A DNA stretch of 64,000 bases, taken from NCBI RefSeq assembly GCF_037042905.1, contig NC_087252.1:11162001-11226000 (forward strand), given 5' to 3'. The notes under the pieces are model-generated. The model was not told where the DNA came from. It made no database searches and saw only the letters and a program-made list of their open reading frames with translations. Positions 63,610 through 64,000 of this stretch are shown here, piece by piece (position 1 is the stretch's first letter; each line of letters begins with the position of its first letter). The translations under genes and the position numbers were made by a program. This stretch comes from Lytechinus pictus (Eukaryota).

Positions 63610-64000
63610 TACGTTAATAAAACCAAACCATCTGTTATGTACAATTTTTCGTGTATTGCATTTTGAAATATTATCATATCTTATAAATTTCTTGTATTAT
63701 CATATCAAATTTAGATGTGACCATATTGTTAAATCATATGATGCTGATTATGGTGCTTGATTGTTGAGGTGACAGTCTGATCATTATCATGATTATGATT
63801 ATAATTTTCATTATCATTTTTTAGAAGTCTGTATCTTCCTAGTAGTGGTATTGACACTGGCTGAACTTTTTTATATCTATCTTATCTATCATGATCATGT
63901 CTAAGTTTGAAACCAGGTATCTCTTCTGATGCAACTTTTTAAATGCTCACGTTAGCAAAATATGTTTAGCACTTTCATCCGTTGCCATGGTGATTCATAT

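Overview
AT-rich, repeat-dense animal genomic DNA; the repeat types suggest an echinoderm such as a sea urchin (inference). The window holds two tandem, minus-strand, multi-exon genes for divergent TRPC-type (canonical transient receptor potential) cation channels. Gene B is complete: 17 coding exons, 59819->36602, 2778 nt / 925 aa when spliced at GT-AG sites that I traced by hand with consistent phases. Gene A has 10 coding exons, 15570->57, and runs off the left edge after S5. Both proteins carry an unusually long, glycosylatable S3-S4 extracellular insert (~85-110 aa) with basic protease-like sites, and both lack the TRPC Zn-binding His/Cys motif. Introns and intergenic DNA contain a decayed Tc1 (DD34E) transposon, two decayed CR1/L2-type LINEs, a probable solo LTR, tRNA-derived SINEs, many MITEs, a 3.8-kb foldback element and local duplications. 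The most unusual single item is an intact 72-nt tRNA cloverleaf (19041-19112, minus strand) with a UCA anticodon, a short variable loop (so not tRNA-Sec) and an immediate T6 Pol III terminator: a candidate opal-suppressor tRNA or tRNA-like RNA inside a small (TA)n-flanked cassette.
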